DNA of 64,000 bases, taken from contig CM060733.1 in assembly GCA_030704615.1 (NCBI GenBank), positions 65,720,001 through 65,784,000 of the forward strand. The letters are read 5' to 3'. Numbering within the stretch: position 1 is the first letter of the stretch; each line of letters opens with the position of its first letter. Below are positions 1 through 13,400 of this stretch, in pieces. The notes beneath the pieces were generated by a model, which was not told where the DNA came from, made no database searches, and saw only the letters and a program-made list of their open reading frames with translations. The position numbers were made by a program, and so were the translations under genes. The DNA comes from Takakia lepidozioides (taxonomy: Eukaryota; Plantae; Bryophyta).

Positions 1-2945
1 GTGCAAGCCTGGTAGCCCTAGAGAAGGGCAAAGAGGTGCATAGGGATATCGTCAAAGCTGGAATTGTACCAAATGTCATTCTAAACACTGCCCTGGCAGC
101 TCTGGAAAAGGGGAAAGAGGTCCATGGCGACATCTTCAGAGCTGGAATTGTACCAACTGTCATTTTGAACAATACCCTGGTGGACATGTTTGCAAAATGT
201 GGGTGCATCTAGGATGCAAAGGGAGTTTCGACACTATGGCTGAACGAGATGTGGTGTCGTGGAGTGCGATGCTTGCAGGGTATGCACAACAGGGACGTGG
301 GATGGAGGCTTTGGAGACCTATGAGCAAATGATGGGGGAAGCACATCATGTTGGTGTGCATTTGCAATGCTTGTGCAAGCCTGGCAGCCCTGGAGAAGGA
401 CAAAGAGGTGCATGGGGATACAAAGCTGGAATGGTACCAAATGTCATTCTAAACACTGCCCTGGCAGCTCTGGAAAAGGGGGAAGAGGTCCATGGCGACA
501 TCTTCAGAGCTGGAATTGTACCAGATGTCATTCCGAGCAATACCCTAGTGGACATGTTTGCAAAATGTGGGTGCATCTAGGATGCAAAGGGAATGTTCAA
601 CACTATGGCTGAACAGGATGTGGCGTCGTGCAAGCCTGGCAATCCTAGAGAAGGGCAAAGAGGTGCATGGGGATATCGTCAAAGCTAGAATTGTACAAAA
701 TGTCATTCTAAACACTACCCTGGCAGCTCTGGAAAAGGGGAAAGAGGTCTATGGCGACATCTTCAGAGCTGGAATTGTACCAAATGTCATTCTGAACAAT
801 ACCCTGGTGGACATGTTTGCAAAATGTGGGTGCATCTAGGATGCAAAGGGAGTGTTCGACACTATGGCTGAACGAGATGTGGTGTCGTGGAGTGTGATTC
901 TTGCAGGGTATGCACAGCAGGGACGTGGGATGGAGGCTCTAGAGACCTATGAGCGAATGATGGGGGAAGCACATCATGTTTGTGTGCATTTGCAATGCTT
1001 GTTTAAGCCTAACAGCCCTGGAGAAGGGCAAAGAGGTGCATGGGGATATCGTCAATGCTGGAATTGTACCAAATGTCATTCTAAACATTGCCCTGGCAGC
1101 TCTGGAAAAGGGAAAAGAGGTGCATGGCAACATCTTCAGAGCTGGAATTGTACCAGATGTCATTCTGAACAATACCCTGGTGGACATGTTTGCAAAATGT
1201 GGGTGCATTCTAGGATGCAAAGGGAGTGTTCAACACTATGGCTGAACAGGATGTGGCGTTGTGCAAGCCTGGTAGCCCTAGAGAAGGGCAAAGAGGCGCA
1301 TGGGGATATGGTCAAAGCTGGAATTGTACCAAATGTCATTCTAAACACTGCCCTGGCAGCTCTGGAAAAGGGGAAAGAGGTGCATGGCAACATCTTCAAA
1401 GCTGGAATTGTACCAGATGTCATTCTGAACAATACCCTCGTGGACATGTTTGCAAAATGTGGGTGCATCTAGGATGCAAAGGGAGTGTTCAACACTATGG
1501 CTGAACAGGATGTGGCGTTGTGCAAGTCTGACAGCCCTAGAGAAAGGCAAAGAGGTGCATGGGGATATGGTCAAAGCTGGAATTGTACCAAATGTCATTC
1601 TAAACACTGCCCTGGCAGCTCTGGAAAAGGGGAAAGAGGTGCATGGCGACATCTTCAGAGCTGGAATTGTACCAGATGTCATTCCGAACAATACCCTAGT
1701 GGACATGTTTGCAAAATGTGGGTGCATCTAGGATGCAAAGGGAGTGTTCAACACTATGGCTGAACAGGATGTGGCGTTGTGCAAGCCTGACAGCCCTAGA
1801 AAAAGGCAAAGAGGTGCATGGGGATATGGTCAAAGTTGGAATTGTACCAAATGTCATTCTAAACACTGCCTTGGGAAAAGAGGTCCATGGCGACATCTTC
1901 AGAGCTGGAATTGTACCAAATGTCATTCTGAACAATACCCTGGTGGACATGTTTGCAAAATGTGGGTGCATCTAGGATGCAAAGGGAGTGTTCAACACTA
2001 TGGCTGAACTAGATGTGGTGTCGTGGAGTGCGATGCTTGCAGGGTATGCACAACAGGGACGTGGGATGGAGGCTCTGGAGACCTATGAGCAAATGATGGG
2101 GGAAGCACATCATGTTTGTGTGCATTTGCAATGCTTGTGTAAGCCTGGCAGCCCTGGAGAAGGGCAAAGAGGTGCATGGGGATATCATCAAAGCTGGAAT
2201 TGTACCAAATGTTAATCTGAACACTACCCTGGCAGCTCTGGAAAATGGGAAAGAGGGTCCACGGCGACATCTTCAGAGCTGGAATTGTACCAGATGTCAT
2301 TCTGAACAATACCCTGGTGGACATGTTTGCAAAATGTGGGTGCATCTAGGATGCAAAGGGAGTGTTCGACACTACGGCTGAACGAGATGTGGTGTCATGG
2401 AGTGCGATGCTTGCAGGGTATGCACAGCAGGGACGTGGGATGGAGGCTTTGGAGACCTATGAGCAAATGATGGGGGAAGCACATCATGTTGGTGTGCATT
2501 TGTAATGCTTGTGCAAGCCTGGCTGCCCTGGAGAAGGGCAAAGAGGTGCATGAGGATATCATCAAAGCTGGAATTGTACCAAATGTCAATCTGAACATTG
2601 CCCTGGCAGCTCTGGAAAAGGGGAAAGAGGTGCATGGCGACATCTTCAGAGCTGGAATTGTACCAGATGTCATTCTGAACAAGACCCTGGTGGACATGTT
2701 TGCAAAATGTGGGTGTATCGAGGATGCAAAGGGAGTGTTCTGTGGCTGAACGAGATGTGGTGTTGTGGAGTGCGATGCTTGCAGGGTATTCACAGGGACA
2801 TGGGATGGAGGGTTTGGAGACCTATGAGAAAATGATGTGCGACGGGGTGAAGCCCGACCACATCGTGTTTGTGTGCGTTTGCAGTGTGTGTTCAAGCCTG
2901 ACAGCCCTGGAAAAGGGCGAAGAGGTGCATGGCGACATCATCAAT
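1..2945 (+). repeat. Tandem array of about 9 degenerate PLS-class PPR units (short ~259 bp and long ~373 bp types); probably continues left of the window
   Basis: Units begin with GTGCAAGCCTGG-like sequence at about 1, 374, 628, 1001, 1261, 1520, 1779, 2138 and 2511. They translate to PPR L/S/P motif pieces (LAALEKGKEVHGDI..AGIVPNVILN, TLVDMFAKCGCI, AERDVVSWSAMLAGYAQQGRGMEAL). TAG replaces GAG after CGCI in 8 copies. Confidence 0.95.
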
Positions 2946-3975
2946 GTAGGGGATATGCGTCCTGCGTTGGCGGAATAGAAGTCTGAAGAAGAATCTTAAT
3001 CTTAATCCAAAGGACGGTAGCAAACAAGATGCCTTGGATATCCGAAGGGCCGTGCAAAACTTCCTGAAGGAAGAACTTAAGTTAGACATGAACGAACGAA
3101 AAGAGCTGGAATTGTACCAAATGTGATCCTGAACACTGCCCTGGTGGACATATATGCCAAATGTAGGTGCATGGAGGATGCAAAGGGAGTGTTCGACAAT
3201 ATGGCTGAACGAGATGTGGTGTCGTGGAATGCGATGATCGCAGGATATGCACAACATGGTTGTCATAGGGAGGTCGTGCAACTATTTGAAGGAATGCAAA
3301 AGAACGGCTTGAAGCTGAGCAATATCACCTTTATATGTGTTCTCTTTGTATGCAGCCACGTTGGTCTACTGAATGAAGGAAGACGTTACTTTGAGTCCTT
3401 GAGTCAAGATCATGGTGTCACTTTGACAGTAAAGCACATTGGCTGCATGATGGACCTTCTTGGACGTGAGGGACAACCGGATGAGGCAGTGGACATGATT
3501 AATAAAATGCCCATAAATCCAGGCGTTGTGGTGTGGAATGCCTTGCTTGGTGCCTGTAGAATCCATGGCAATGTGGAGATGGCTGAACGTGCAGCAACAT
3601 CTATCCTCATGTGGGCTGAACAGGATGCCGCGACTTATGTGTTGCTCTCAAACATCTATGCTGCAGCTGGCAGGTGGGATGATACTGCAAAGGTGAGAAG
3701 AATGATGAAGGTCAAGGGGGTTAGAAACGAGCCAGGTTGCTGCTGCATTAAGGTTGGCAAACTGAGGGTGCACACATTTGTTGTAGATGACAAGTTGCAT
3801 CCCAGAATTAAGGAAATCCATGCTGAGTTAAGAAGATTGGCTAGGAATTAGATGAAGGAGGCAGGGTATGTGCTTGACAGGCGCTTTGTATTGCATGATG
3901 TGGGGGAGGAGGAAAAAGAATTTTCTCTTTGCCACCACAATGAGAAGCTGGCCATTGGTTTTGGCATATCCACGG
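1..3975 (+). pseudogene. PLS-E-DYW class PPR (organellar C-to-U editing factor) pseudogene with truncated DYW domain
   Basis: ORF 3123-3851 holds the last PPR motifs, E1/E2 (VVWNALLGACRIHGN..YVLLSNIYAAAGRW) and the PG box (EPGCCCI..HTFVVDDKLHP). After the TAG at 3849 the frame continues [31 protein letters not shown] and breaks at ~3975, before CxxC and the DYW end. Confidence 0.92.
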
Positions 3976-4124
3976 GAAATGATAGTGGGGTCTACCCAAC
4001 ATAGGTGGGAAGTTAGCCCATAATTGCACTTGACTGAAGGGGTGATATTGGACTGACTTTGGTGACAGTGGATGGAATCAGTGTGCTGTCCTAATTCTGG
4101 GTTTGGGTGGTATGGCTGATCTCG

Positions 4125-4700
4125 CACACATGTTGGCCATATCTGGCGATTAGCGTGTTCCATGAGACAATATCTCGTTCAGCCATGTTCTCAAACTCTC
4201 CCTTCGCAGCTTCGATGCTGCCACATTTGGCATACATGTCCATCAGGCCGGTATTGTTTGCAATGACATCTGGTTCAATTCCAGCTTTGATGATGTCACC
4301 ATGGACCTCTTTGCCCTTTCGCAGGGCTGCCAGGCTTGCACAGGCATCTGCTGAGGCGACATGCACCTGACAGGGCACTACCTTGCTTCCATCTTGCCAA
4401 CAGCTTCTTCCAGCTTCTTGATCTGAGTGTGGACTGCAGAGCAAGCAGGCGCTTCTCTTCTATGGCATGGCGGCAGGAGGACCACCGCCTTCACCATTGC
4501 TGCTTACACCCTCCTTGTGCTGCGAGCTGCGTCCCTCCTGTTACTGCGACCTCGATGTCACACACTTCTGAGAAGCCACTACCTGCACTCGCAGTATACA
4601 AAGGTCCTCCACAGTCTGGATTCGCATTCACCCGGCCAGGGCCGCATTCTTCCATCCCGCCATGTTCTCTCGCAGCACGGCCATCCATGTCACTTCCAGG
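4125..4700 (-). pseudogene. Inverted PPR gene fragment (N-terminal region plus one L-S-P motif set)
   Basis: Minus-strand translation ACASLAALRKGKEVHGDIIKAGIEPDV..MDMYAKCGSIEAAKGEFENMAERDIVSWNTLIARYGQH is the same family as 1-3975. Assignment of 4450-4700 as N-terminal region is tentative. Confidence 0.8.
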
Positions 4701-7586
4701 TGGAGCCAGTACATATTAAAATATGTATTCCCCGACGGACCTTCATTGTTCACCTCTTTTTGTGAAGCACACGTCAGCAAATGTGTCCCCCGAATCCGGG
4801 GTGCAATCAATGCGCAATGGTTTATGGAGTCGCCCACTCGACTGTATACTCATTTTAATGAATAAACATTTTTATTCCATTAAATCTAATAGGAATGTAA
4901 ATTTCTAGTCGCATGTGAAGTAATTAGAACCACTTGTAATTGCCACTTTTTAAATTTTTTCAGTTTACATAATTGAATTAAATAGCCGTGATTATTGCAA
5001 CAACTGCGGACTCATTCACGCAATTTCTATCCGGCATTAGAAATTCCCCCGTGGGCCTTCATTGTCCGTTGCGACTCTCTAGTAATAACATGGACTGTGA
5101 AGTTGTTCACACAGTGGTTTCGGACACGCAGTCGATTCGGAAAAGACACGAATGCTTGTTGTGAAGGACGACCCCAAAGGAAACATCCCGAAGAAGGAGC
5201 AGCAGGCACTCAAAAAATCTAGCTTGGCTCGACTGCAGGGGTTGGATGACAACCAGATGACAAAGGTTGCCACCATGATACCATGAAACAAAGTCTCAAT
5301 CCATGGACCATACACTGGGCCTGACACTGCTGTTTTGAGTTTGGATGGTTATTGCAAGTACAAGAAGTTGCGGAGGCATATAATTGATGACATCATGACT
5401 GCCTTTGGATATAAGGAGTCGACGAAGGACAACCGACATCCATACACAAAGACTGAGTGGCGGACCATCAAGCATAAGCATTTTAAGCAAGCTCTCGGGG
5501 ACACCTGCCTTGATGCGAAACTGAAAGCTACCTCGGGCAAACAGAAGCCTCCGATTGTTTTTATTTAATCTAAGTAAAGCCTGCAAAAAAGGCTTCAAGA
5601 AAATCCTGGTCCGGATTCAACCGGAAGTTCGCTTGACAAAGTTTACAGTGTGTGTGAGATTGGGAACATGGCTGGCGAGATTGGGACGCTCGCAATGTTC
5701 TCAACAAAAGCTTTTGAAGTTGTTTTGCTCATTATGATCAGCACATTGAATGAGCAACCAGACAAGATCGAGCCGTGGATGGAAACAGAGTTCGCGGACC
5801 TATTCAATGGGATAAGGTCAAGTAAAATCAGTCTTCTGTGTCATCACGGATACTAAAAGCACTCTTGAGCTTATGGCGTACATTCACTCAACAAATGGGA
5901 GATTCCACATAGAGACCAGCTTCTACATTCCATCGAAGAGGGAGACATTTTTCAGGGCAAAGAATTTTGAGACGCCAGTAATTCATTTTCATTTCTTTTT
6001 TCCGATGGCATAGATGGAGTGGGAGATATTGGACGAGGTTGTGCGGAGGTGCATCACATCCGCAGATCGATACATTCCAAGAGTGCTACATACAGAGGCA
6101 GATGAAGCGAAGAATCTTGTAAGAAGTCGGTACTACTCTAATGAGATCCGATCATCGGCAATCGACCAAGTCGTTAATCCCTTCCGTGCGGAGGGTTCTT
6201 GTGCTGTCAATGTGTACTGTAGTGGGATGGCCACATACTCACTTATGGTAAGCACATACCAACCCTTCCCAATCCTTAATTTGACTATTGGTTAACTTCA
6301 TTGACTTAATGTTGAACCCATGGACTTTGATAGGAGATCTAAGGGAGATCTCCCATCCTCCATTGGCGGGAGATCTGGTGTCCTCATTTTGACCATTCTT
6401 ATTTGTGACTTAAGATGAACCTCGCACAATACTAGTCTGGCAAGGCACACTAGTGATATCTAGGTGATTAGCCACATTCATTACATGAGTTTCTGAGTGC
6501 ATCCGCATACCTACAATGTGATACACAAGACTTTAGGTAACACACTGGCGATATTATCTAAGATCTTGTGTATCACTTTTCTACCAATATCCTAATTTCC
6601 CCCCTATTTTCTAAGGCCCTTTGTTCATTTAGAAATAGAATTCTTAAGGAAAAACTAGAAAAAATACTATTTACTTAGGGTTTCTAATTTAAAAATATAT
6701 AAATAAAAATCCTAAATTAAAATAATGCTATTCTTATTTTCTGGCGAATTTCTAAGCATAAACCCCCATTTAAACAATGCTGGAACATCACTAATTCTAG
6801 AAAAATATGCATGAGGAAGGGGTGATCCTAGCTTTCCAATAAACCATAGGAGAGTTGCCCTATGGGTCAAAAACCCCTCCCTAGGCCCCTAATACGTAAT
6901 CCCAACCTCTAGGTCCTAGGTTCAAACCCCCCCTAAGGGCTGACTATCATTTCATCCAGCGGATGAAAAACTGCATAATTCATCTACTGTTCATCCCCGT
7001 TCATCCAGAGTTCATTCATCCAGTGGATGAAATACTGCATACTTCATCCGTCAATCATCCATAAAAGATCCGCCTCAAATGACACATGTTGGTCATCCGA
7101 TCATCTCTCTCACTTGAAACCCCAAGTATCCTTGGCCCAAAAACTATGTACTTTTCTCCCTCTAAGCATTGTCGAGGTGTCTGGTATTGCCCTGAAAAGC
7201 CGAATCGGCTCCCTTACATCTTCTATGACTCTAAACAACAGTTTCCAAACCCCTAAGAGCCTTCCAAAGATCAACCTAAAGCCACTAAAATGGCCTAAGC
7301 CTTAACCATCCTAACCCACTAAGTCCTATTAACAACCCAAAATGATTAAATGGAGCCCCCCCACCTAAGCGGAAGACCGCTGGGTAATAGAGCTATAAAA
7401 TATGGTATCAACGGACCAGCGGTCCCTCAGCCTGACAACCCCGTGCTGCCGCGGCGCCATTGGCCGTTGCAGGAGGGTGGTTAGCAACCCATGGTTCCTT
7501 GGCTAGCGGTCCTTGGCATGGACCGCGGGCTAAAACCAATAAAAACAAAACCTAAAATTGGCTGCGCACATAAAGATTGCCACTAA

Positions 7587-10070
7587 AGGACCCTTCACAC
7601 TTGGTGATACGTTTCCAGCGTACATAGCAAAACTTATAAATTATCGCCACGATCTAAAATTTTTTCACCGTATCAGTAAGTAGTCATAACAGCATGCTAC
7701 CGCAGTTCATACTTGGTGATAAGTATATTGTATTTTAACTTGTCTATACCTACGATGCTATCGCTGTTCATGAATCGATATATGATATCGTGGTTGATAT
7801 GATCTTTATTGTGGCATGTCACAGCCCGTTACTTCAAGCATATTCTTGAATTCTCTCAGTGAAGCATCTTGGTTCTACGGTTCTCGTCATTACATTCCTA
7901 CATATATTTCATGATCTAGGGTGGCAGCTCCTACTCAACATGAGGCCATTGAATGTGATTCTGTTGGCACAATTTTTCCAGATTGTTTTACAAGCCCAGG
8001 AGTCTCTAATCACATGTTATGAAGCTGAAACGATGTCGCTCTCGGAATTTCCAGGTGAAGTAGCTTCAGAATCTTTAAGAGAGTGGAAAGCACTGTTTCA
8101 TACCATGATGAATTCGCTGATTCTCCACCAGCACAGAATGTCGTGCGTATATGAGCTTCTAATGAACAGAGAGCTTGGAGATTGGGTGAAGGCCAGATCT
8201 ACAACCTGGTACTCTCACTTCCTAATGACGCAATACAAGGACTCCAGATGGATTGAACACTGCAGGGTGAGCAGAGATTTTGTTGCTCTATTGACTAGAG
8301 AATTGAACCACTTGATGGAAAAAAAAGAACACTTGATACAGATGCGCGATACCTGTAGGAATACGTGTTGCTTGCTCGCTATATAAGCTTGCCCATGGAG
8401 CAGACTATCTGCAATGCTCTGAAATGTTTGCCATAGGCAAATCGACAGCCCATTTGTGTCTTCGAGAGTTCGTCTATTCCGTTAACATTGTGTTCAGATA
8501 TCAACTAAGATGGCCAGAAGGAGATGAATTAAGAGACGTAATAGATGGTTTTAAGGACTTTTGTGGTCTTCCCTCTGTGCACGGAGCTATCGACGTTACT
8601 CAGGTACACATGCAGAAACCTCGTGGTCCATTTGCCGGAGACTACTTTTCATATAAGAGCAAAGCTCACAGCATGCAGTTACAAGCAGTTGTCGACCATC
8701 AGAAAAGGTTAAGGATGTCTTCATCGGGATGCCTGGATCTATGAATGATTCACGCATACTTAGACTCTCGAGCTTATATCATAGAGCTGTACATGAAAAT
8801 TTGTTTCATCAGGACCATGGTGCCGAAGGAATCAAACCCTATTTACTCGCTGACAAAGGGTATCCTTTGTTATCGTGGGTAATGACTCCACACAAGCAAG
8901 GGGTCAATATTCACCACACTGTTTTGGAAGCACTTTATAATAAACATCTCTATCGAGGTTGCAACGTAGTGGAGAATTCATTCGGCATCTTAAAGAAGAG
9001 CTTCAGGGAACTGCTCATGAAGACCAATTTGCACGTTCTGTTTCTACCTGATGGGTAGTTGCAACTAAGAGTGGGCCAAAAAGTTGAAGATGTGGCCTAC
9101 ATAAAAGTACATAAGATAAAAAAACAAAAATCGTGAAAAAAAACCAAAACATGGATTCACTTGCACTATATCATGTGGAACGTCTATTGTTGGGATACTG
9201 TCATTTCAAATGGGAAAAAAAAGATGTTATGGAGGATATATGCCGTCACGTGTCGTCGATGACGTAATCTAAACTTAACCATAATCACAAAAATACATGT
9301 TTTTGAAAATTTGACCTTGGGCCACCCTTCTTCTATAATAAATATTTGTATTTAATGAAGACAACTCATGGGGTGTTTTGGTTTTCATATTGTAAAGGAC
9401 TTTATGAAACTGGTTGTTATTGGTAGGTTGATAAAGTACATAAAATTTAATTTAATGAGTAAAAATGCTAAAAAACTCTCACATTAGATTCTTTATCATA
9501 ATAGCAAGGGAGGGCCAAGTCCCTTATTTCAATTATGTTACAAAATCTAACAGATAATGAGTCCATAACAAGTTTTGTATGGACTGTAACAAAAGCTTAT
9601 GGACTTTTCATAAAGTCCATCACTTCTAGAGATAACGGTTTTTGGGGGCAAGTCTGAGAAGGTAGATACTACATGTAGATAGGTACAATGTTGTGAGTCC
9701 ATTTTAAGAAATTACATAGAAATGTAAGATTGTAGATCAAAACCAACAAACTATGTACAGGAAAAATGACGCATTTACGTCAAAAAATGGACACTGTAGG
9801 TTGCAATCACCCTGATGCAATCATCTGTTGTTGTATCTTGTATAATATGATCCTAGGAGGAAAGGCCGCTGACATTGAAAGCTTAATGATTCAATTACAC
9901 CTGGAAAACAATATCAATCGTGTGCCGAATGGCAATCCTGGTTGAAGAGAGGCTACGAACAATGAACATTATTGGATTCCAGGAGATAATGCAATGGACT
10001 ATGAAGCTGAACTGCAATTACAAGGTGTAGAGATTTCTGGATTGGAGCAACGTGTAGCTTTAGAGCAGTA
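7587..10070 (+). mobile_element. PIF/Harbinger element, left terminal repeat plus frameshifted DDE transposase pseudogene
   Basis: Terminal repeat AGGACCCTTCACACTTGGTGATAC follows TAA. ORF pieces carry HARBI1-type motifs (FAIGKSTA, GLPSVHGAIDVTQV, LQAVVD, PGSMNDSRIL, YLLADKGYP, VENSFGILK). The C-terminal IICCCILYN resumes at 9813 after an insertion. Confidence 0.9.
9053..9812. mobile_element. 760-bp non-autonomous TIR element with GGG termini and 4-bp TSD (Sola2-like signature)
   Basis: Left end GGGTAGTTGCAAC; right end reverse-complement GGGTGATTGCAAC. TGAT is duplicated at 9049-9052 and 9813-9816. Removing it restores the Harbinger frame (..LFLPDAIICCCILYNMIL..). Confidence 0.85.
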
Positions 10071-10460
10071 TCTCGGTAAGAGCCCACGTAGAGGACAGTG
10101 AACAGGCCGAACATGCAGAATGGATTTGTCAATTCAATGTCAATTTGAATGGAGTTCATTGACATAGAAGGCCTGAAATGGCTTCAGACTAGATTGTTTT
10201 GTCTCTATGGACCAAAATTTGTACCAAAAACTTAGCTGATTTCAATCAAGCTACTGTATCAATCTGTACAACATCAATTGAATTGTCATTCACTCAAGCT
10301 ACCATATCAATCTATAGAATGTTATCATTCAGATGAGTAATTCAATCAAGCTACTGGATCTTCAGATATCCTGGTGATCATCTTGAGTTGTTGGCACTTC
10401 TGGAACTTCATCGTCTGATGAGTCTTGACTGTTGGTTGGAGTCATATGACGTGGTACATG

Positions 10461-13400
10461 TGTTAAGGAGAAGGAAATTTCCTTAAAGGCTAAGAGTGAG
10501 AAGGACACTTAGGCCATAGATCCATAGGATCATATATATATTTCTTATTTGTTGTGGTTTTGAGTTTTTAAAGTGAAAAGGTTCCGGAAAGAGAGGACCA
10601 GCAAGGTGGTTAGTATCTAGGAGGGCCAGGGTGGCTGTACTAACTCACTAACCCCCCCTAAAAGACAGGGAAGATCTTAGAGTAAGGGGTGGGGTTTTGT
10701 TTTTTTTTTTTTTGTTGTTTATTCCCATTATGAGGCGCCATTGAGGCCCGCTCAAGCAGGGATAGAATCGCCATAAGCTTAAGAGGCGAAGGAACTTTGT
10801 GCGCTGGGCCCCGCAGCCACGTGCTGCGGGCGGGGGGCCTACGTTGACTGTCATACTTGAGGAAAGGACACACACACGCGGCAGAGCAGAAGCGTGCGGG
10901 CAGGCTGAGAGCCCCGCGCGTAGGACCGCCAGGCGGCCGCGATTGGCGGCGGACCGCTGGATGGCGAAGCAGACATACACTGGACGGACCGTGGGTAGAC
11001 CGCACGAGCGGCCGTGCCTGAGCGGGTTCCGCCACGTGTCCAGGGAGCCTTTACCCAGCGGACGACCCCCGTGGGGGTTTGTTTAAGGGGGTTTTTTTTA
11101 ACCCTTCTCTATTGTTTATTGGGGATAGCCCCTTAGCTTTGGTTTTGCTACATCAACAGATTTAATGGCAGGAAAAATTCGAGAGTCGGGGAGGAGATAG
11201 CCTAGAGAGTGGCCTCTCTTTTGGACTGGGTCTTTGAAAGTGAGGAGCCCCGAGCTACACGCCGAGACAGCGGCGAAGAGGTTTTGGGTACAAACTACTC
11301 TATCCTAGTTTTTAGGCTACAGCAGTGAATAGTGAAAGGGAGAGAGGCAGGGGACGACTTATTCTAAGGTAGGAAAGCGCTCTCGCTCCCTTATTTAATT
11401 ATATCATATAAGCGCCTTGAGGGAGAAAAGGCTGGGCCCACCAGGCAGGGTAGATCACGGCAGTACCAGGCACGTTTTGGCTGGCGGATGAACTGCGATT
11501 TCATCCACCTCTGTTGTTTTCATCCGTCAGGCAGGGGCGGTGGTTTCCCCCACGCGGGAACGGGTCCTCAGTGTTCCCAAAGAGCAGTTGCGTTCTCAGG
11601 GCGTTCCACATGGCCCCTGCAGGTAATTCCTAGATCCCTGGGATCTGGAGCAGATTCTCTGCTCATGGTAATTATTATTATTTTTCCATTTATTTATTTA
11701 TTTGTGGCTATTTGTTGGAAAGGGAAATAGGAGAAATTGGCTTATAGCTTTGGAGTTGATTTAAATCCTTCGGCCCCTAGATTTGGGAAGTTCGGAAGGG
11801 GTTTTGGGCCCGTCCTGAGAAGTGCTTGAATTCAACCACCCAGGAATTGGAGGGGCATCGGGAAAGGGAGGATCTCCCTTTCTCTCTAAATCCGGTAGGT
11901 GCTTTGTGAAGGGATGAAGGGAAGTCCTGGCTATAAGCGGCTCGGGGGTTTAGGCTAGTAGGACTTAGTAATAAACAAAGACTTAGAGGGCAATTAAAAA
12001 CTAAAATACATAAAATGACTGTAGGAACTAGAAATGCAACCTCGTCCTGGGAAGTAGAAATTGTATTCTATTTGCCGGTAGAATTAGAATTGTTTGAGGA
12101 TTCCCGCCACTAGCATTGCCGCGGACCCCTGCACTAACCACAGTCGGGTGGGCGGTTCCTTGAGCCCAACCCATTCCGCTACACACCTCGACCCCTCCTA
12201 GCTAGTATGCCGTCACCCTGACCGCGCACGTCCAGGGCTCGTCACCCGCGCCCTGCTCCCTCTTCTCCTCTCTCTCCGGTCCCCTACTGCGCTCCCCCGT
12301 GTACCGGCGCCCCGCTCCTTTTGCTCCCATGTGTCTCCGCGCCGCGCTCTTTCTGCTCCCCAGTTTCCGCTCTATTGTGCTCCCCCGTGTGCCCGCGCCC
12401 CGCTCCCTCTGCTCCCCTATTTCCGCTTCTCTGTTGCGCTCCCTTGTGTGCCCACGCCCCGCTCCTTCTTCTCCCCCTGTTCCGTCCCACTGCTGCTCTC
12501 CCCCGCTCTCTGCTCCCATGTCTCTCTGCTCCCCTGTTGCGGTCCCTCATGTCTCCGCGCCTGCTGTCCGCTCCCCTCATTCGCTCCCCTGTATCTATGC
12601 TCCCCTGTTGTCTCCGCTCCCTAGTTCCCCCACCCCCCCCGCGGCGCTCTCCGCTCCCCCCACGGCGCTCTCCACTCTCATTCGCTCCCTTGTAGATATG
12701 ATCCTTATTCGCTCCCCGGTTTCGCTCCCGCCGTGGTGCTCTCCGCATGCCTCATCCGACTCTCCGATTGTTTGGGATGGTGTGGCCAACAACCTACTAG
12801 GATATCTTGTGGCTATCGTGCGAAAATATTCTCATTCCATGTTGGATCCATGTTCCAGTGACCTCCCAAGCGACCTATGAGCACAACACATGCAGTTCCA
12901 TTTGTTCTAACCGTATTCCATGTAGGTATGTCTCTGTTGGTGTGACAGAACACGTGGTATCTTCAATATGCTGGCTACAAGGTGATATGACCAACAATCC
13001 TCTTCTTTCCAGTATAGTTCATTTTAGATACATTCTTGATAACATATTCATGTTCTCTTCATGTGCTGGTCATGTGTTCCACTTGTGCATGTAACGGTTC
13101 TCACCTCAACATCCTATTGCTATCAATCGGATGTTGTTGTTGACAACAACATCTGTTGTTGTTGACAACAGTCTCACAATTTGCCAGATATCAATTTTCA
13201 CGTTGCTCCAATGCAGTTTCAAAGATAATGCTGGAGGCGTGGAGCACACATGCTCTTGTTCATGATTTCATTTCATGCTCAAACACGCTATTGACAAGGA
13301 TCAAGCATGGGTTCCCCTGTGTTTTAATTCATCAAAGCAAAACAGACACTGCAGTATCGCAAGTCGTAAACTCCCTGCAGTGTATCTTTTTTCCCAGGAG

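Noticed and set aside
210-2349. Recurrent TAG in PPR units as a programmed read-through or U-to-C edited codon
   Set aside because: The intact unit has GAG, not CAG. The locus is nuclear, and the units also carry frameshifts.
12202-12880. Long overlapping ORFs in GC-rich repeats (also 10648-11086 and 18935-19504)
   Set aside because: Open in several frames and strands because of low-complexity GC-skewed repeats; no domain.
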